Below, piece after piece: positions 61,901 to 64,000 of a stretch of 64,000 bases of DNA (its first letter is position 1; each line of letters opens with the position of its first letter). Origin of the DNA: Eledone cirrhosa (lineage: Eukaryota). Position numbers and translations under genes: made by a program. The notes beneath the pieces were generated by a model. It was not told the DNA's origin. It searched no databases and saw nothing but the letters and a program-made list of their open reading frames with translations. Where the stretch lies: positions 131,378,001 to 131,442,000 of the forward strand of contig OZ024743.1 in assembly GCA_964016885.1 (NCBI GenBank), given 5' to 3'.

Positions 61901-64000
61901 CCAAGCACCAAACACCAAACACCAAGCACCAAGCACCAAACACCAAACACCAAGCACCAAGCACTAAACACCAAACACCAAGCACCAAGCACCAAGCCCC
62001 AAACACCAAGCACCAAACACCAAGCACCAAACACCAAGCACCAAACACCAAGCACCAAACACCAAGCACCAAGCACCAAGCACCAAACACCAAGCACCAA
62101 GCACCAAACACCAACCAGCAAACACCAAACACCAAACACCAAACAGCAAACACCAAACACCAAACACCAAATAGCAAACGCCAAAAAGCAAACGCCAAAC
62201 CCCAAATGCCAAACAGCAAACACCAAGCACCAAACACCAAACACCAAGCGCCAAGCACCAAACACCAAACACCAAGCTCCAAGCACCAAACACCAAACAC
62301 CAAGCACCAAGCACCAAAGAGCAAACACCAAGCCCCAAGCACCAAACACCCAACACCAAACACCAAACATCAAACACCAATCACGAATCACCAAACAGCA
62401 AACAGCAAACACCAAACACCAAACACCAAACACCAAGCACCAAGCACCAAACACCAAACACCAAGCACCAAGCACCAAGCACCAAGCACCAAACACCAAG
62501 CACCAAGCACCAAGCACCAAACACCAAGCACCAAACACCAAGCACCAGTCACGAAGCACCAAGCACCAAATACCAAGCACCAAAAACCAAGCACCAAGCT
62601 CCAAGGACCAAACACCAAGCACCAAACACCAAACACCAAGCACCAAGCATGAAGCACCAAGCACCAAGCGCCAAACACCAAAAACCAAGCACCAAGCACC
62701 AAATACCAAGCACCAAGCACCAAGCACCAAGCACCAAACACCAAACACCAAACACCAAACAGCAAACAGCAAACTCCAAACACCAAACACCAAACAGCAA
62801 ACACCATCACCAAACAGCAAACACCAAACAGCAAACAGCAAACACCAAACACCAACCAGCAAACACCAAGCACCAAACACCAAGCACCAAGCAACAAGCA
62901 CCAATCAACAAGCACCAAGCACTAAACACCAAACCCCAAGCACCAAGCACCTTGGACCAAACAACAAGCATCAAGCACCAAGCACCAAACGCCAAGCACC
63001 AAGCACCAAACACCAAGCACCAAGCACCATGCACCAAACACCAAGCACCAAAGACCAAGCACCAAATACCAAGCACCAAGCACCAAACACCAATCACCAA
63101 GCACCAAGCACCAAACACCAAGAACCCAGCACCAATCACTAAACACCAAACACCAAGCACCAAGCACCAAATCCCAAGCACCAAACACCAAGCACCAAGC
63201 ACCAAACACCAAACACCAAGCACCAAGCACCATGCACCAATCACCAAACACCAAGCACCAAGCACCAAACACCAAACACCAAGCACCAAGCACCAAACAC
63301 CAAACACCAAGCACCTAGCACCAAGCACCAAGCACCAAGCACCAAACACCAAGCAGCAAGCACCAAGCCCCAAACACCAAGCACCAAACACCAAGCACCA
63401 GACACGAAGCACCAAGCACCAAATACCAAGCACCAAAAACCAAGCACCAAGCTCCAAGGACCAAACACCAAGCACCAAACACCAAACACCAAGCACCAAG
63501 CATGAAACACCAAGCACCAAGCGCCAAACACCAAACACCAAGCACCAAGCACCAAATACCAAGCACCAAGCACCAAGCACCAAGCACCAAACACCAAACA
63601 CCAAACACCAAACACCAAACAGCAAACAGCAAACTCCAAACACCAAACACCAAACAGCAAACACCAAACACCAAACAGCAAACACCAAACAGCAAACACC
63701 AAACACCAAACACCAACCAGCAAACACCAAACACCAAACACCAAACAGCAAACGCCAAACATCAAACGCCAGACACCAAACGCCAAACAGCAAACGCCAA
63801 ACACCAAACGCCAAACAGCAAGCACCAAGCACCAAACACCAAACACCAGGCACCAAGCACCAAACACCAAACACCAAGCACCAAGCACCAAACACCAAAC
63901 ACCAAGCACCAAGCACTAAACACCAAACACCAAGCACCAAGCACCAAGCACCAAATACCAAGCACCAAACACCAAGCACCAAACACCAAGCACCAAGCAC
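58917..64000 (-). repeat. Same 7-bp satellite in inverted orientation (reads CACCAAA/CACCAAG on +), about 730 monomers; open at the right edge
   Basis: Reverse complement of TTGGTGY throughout. Composition flips abruptly from G/T-rich to C/A-rich. Confidence 0.99.
58917..64000 (-). repeat. Higher-order unit of the inverted arm, about 1.7 kb, three copies, each with two related sub-blocks
   Basis: Marker TCACGAATCA at 58951, 60722, 62381 (spacing 1771 = 253x7, 1659 = 237x7). Marker AG(A/T)CACGAAG...GCTCCAAGGA at 59145, 60013, 60916, 61455, 62547, 63400. Confidence 0.9.

Noticed and set aside
1-64000. CRISPR array or other repeat-spacer system
   Set aside because: There are no unique spacers, no leader and no cas genes. 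Sequence between landmark motifs is the same heptamer.
53800-64000. Fold-back read artefact or perfect palindrome at the switch
   Set aside because: The arms do not mirror each other in diagnostic variants or higher-order period. A mis-join of two different arrays still cannot be excluded without reads.

Overview
The whole 64 kb window is one uninterrupted tandem array of a 7-bp satellite, consensus TTGGTGY (TTGGTGC and TTGGTGT intermixed). I see no unique sequence, genes, RNA genes, transposons or CRISPR array. Every ORF in the track is the automatic translation of the stop-free heptamer (WCLVLGA-type on the G/T strand, TKHQAPS-type on the C/A strand). Three levels of structure are visible. 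(1) A clean strand switch at 58917: about 8,400 monomers with the G/T strand on + abut about 730 monomers in the opposite orientation. The two arms carry different diagnostic variants, so this is not a mirror fold-back. (2) A nested mosaic of higher-order duplications from 28 bp to about 5 kb, with offsets up to 10,147 bp, traceable through rare variant monomers. (3) Near-perfect 7-bp phase, broken almost only by one family of 6-bp monomers (TTGTAC and derivatives). A eukaryotic heterochromatic, centromeric or telomere-like satellite is the most plausible source, but this is inference; the organism cannot be identified from the window. I cannot support a novel protein-coding system. The best lead is the head-to-head junction between two separately evolved arrays. 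Block boundaries are approximate, read by eye with help from matching ORF coordinates.
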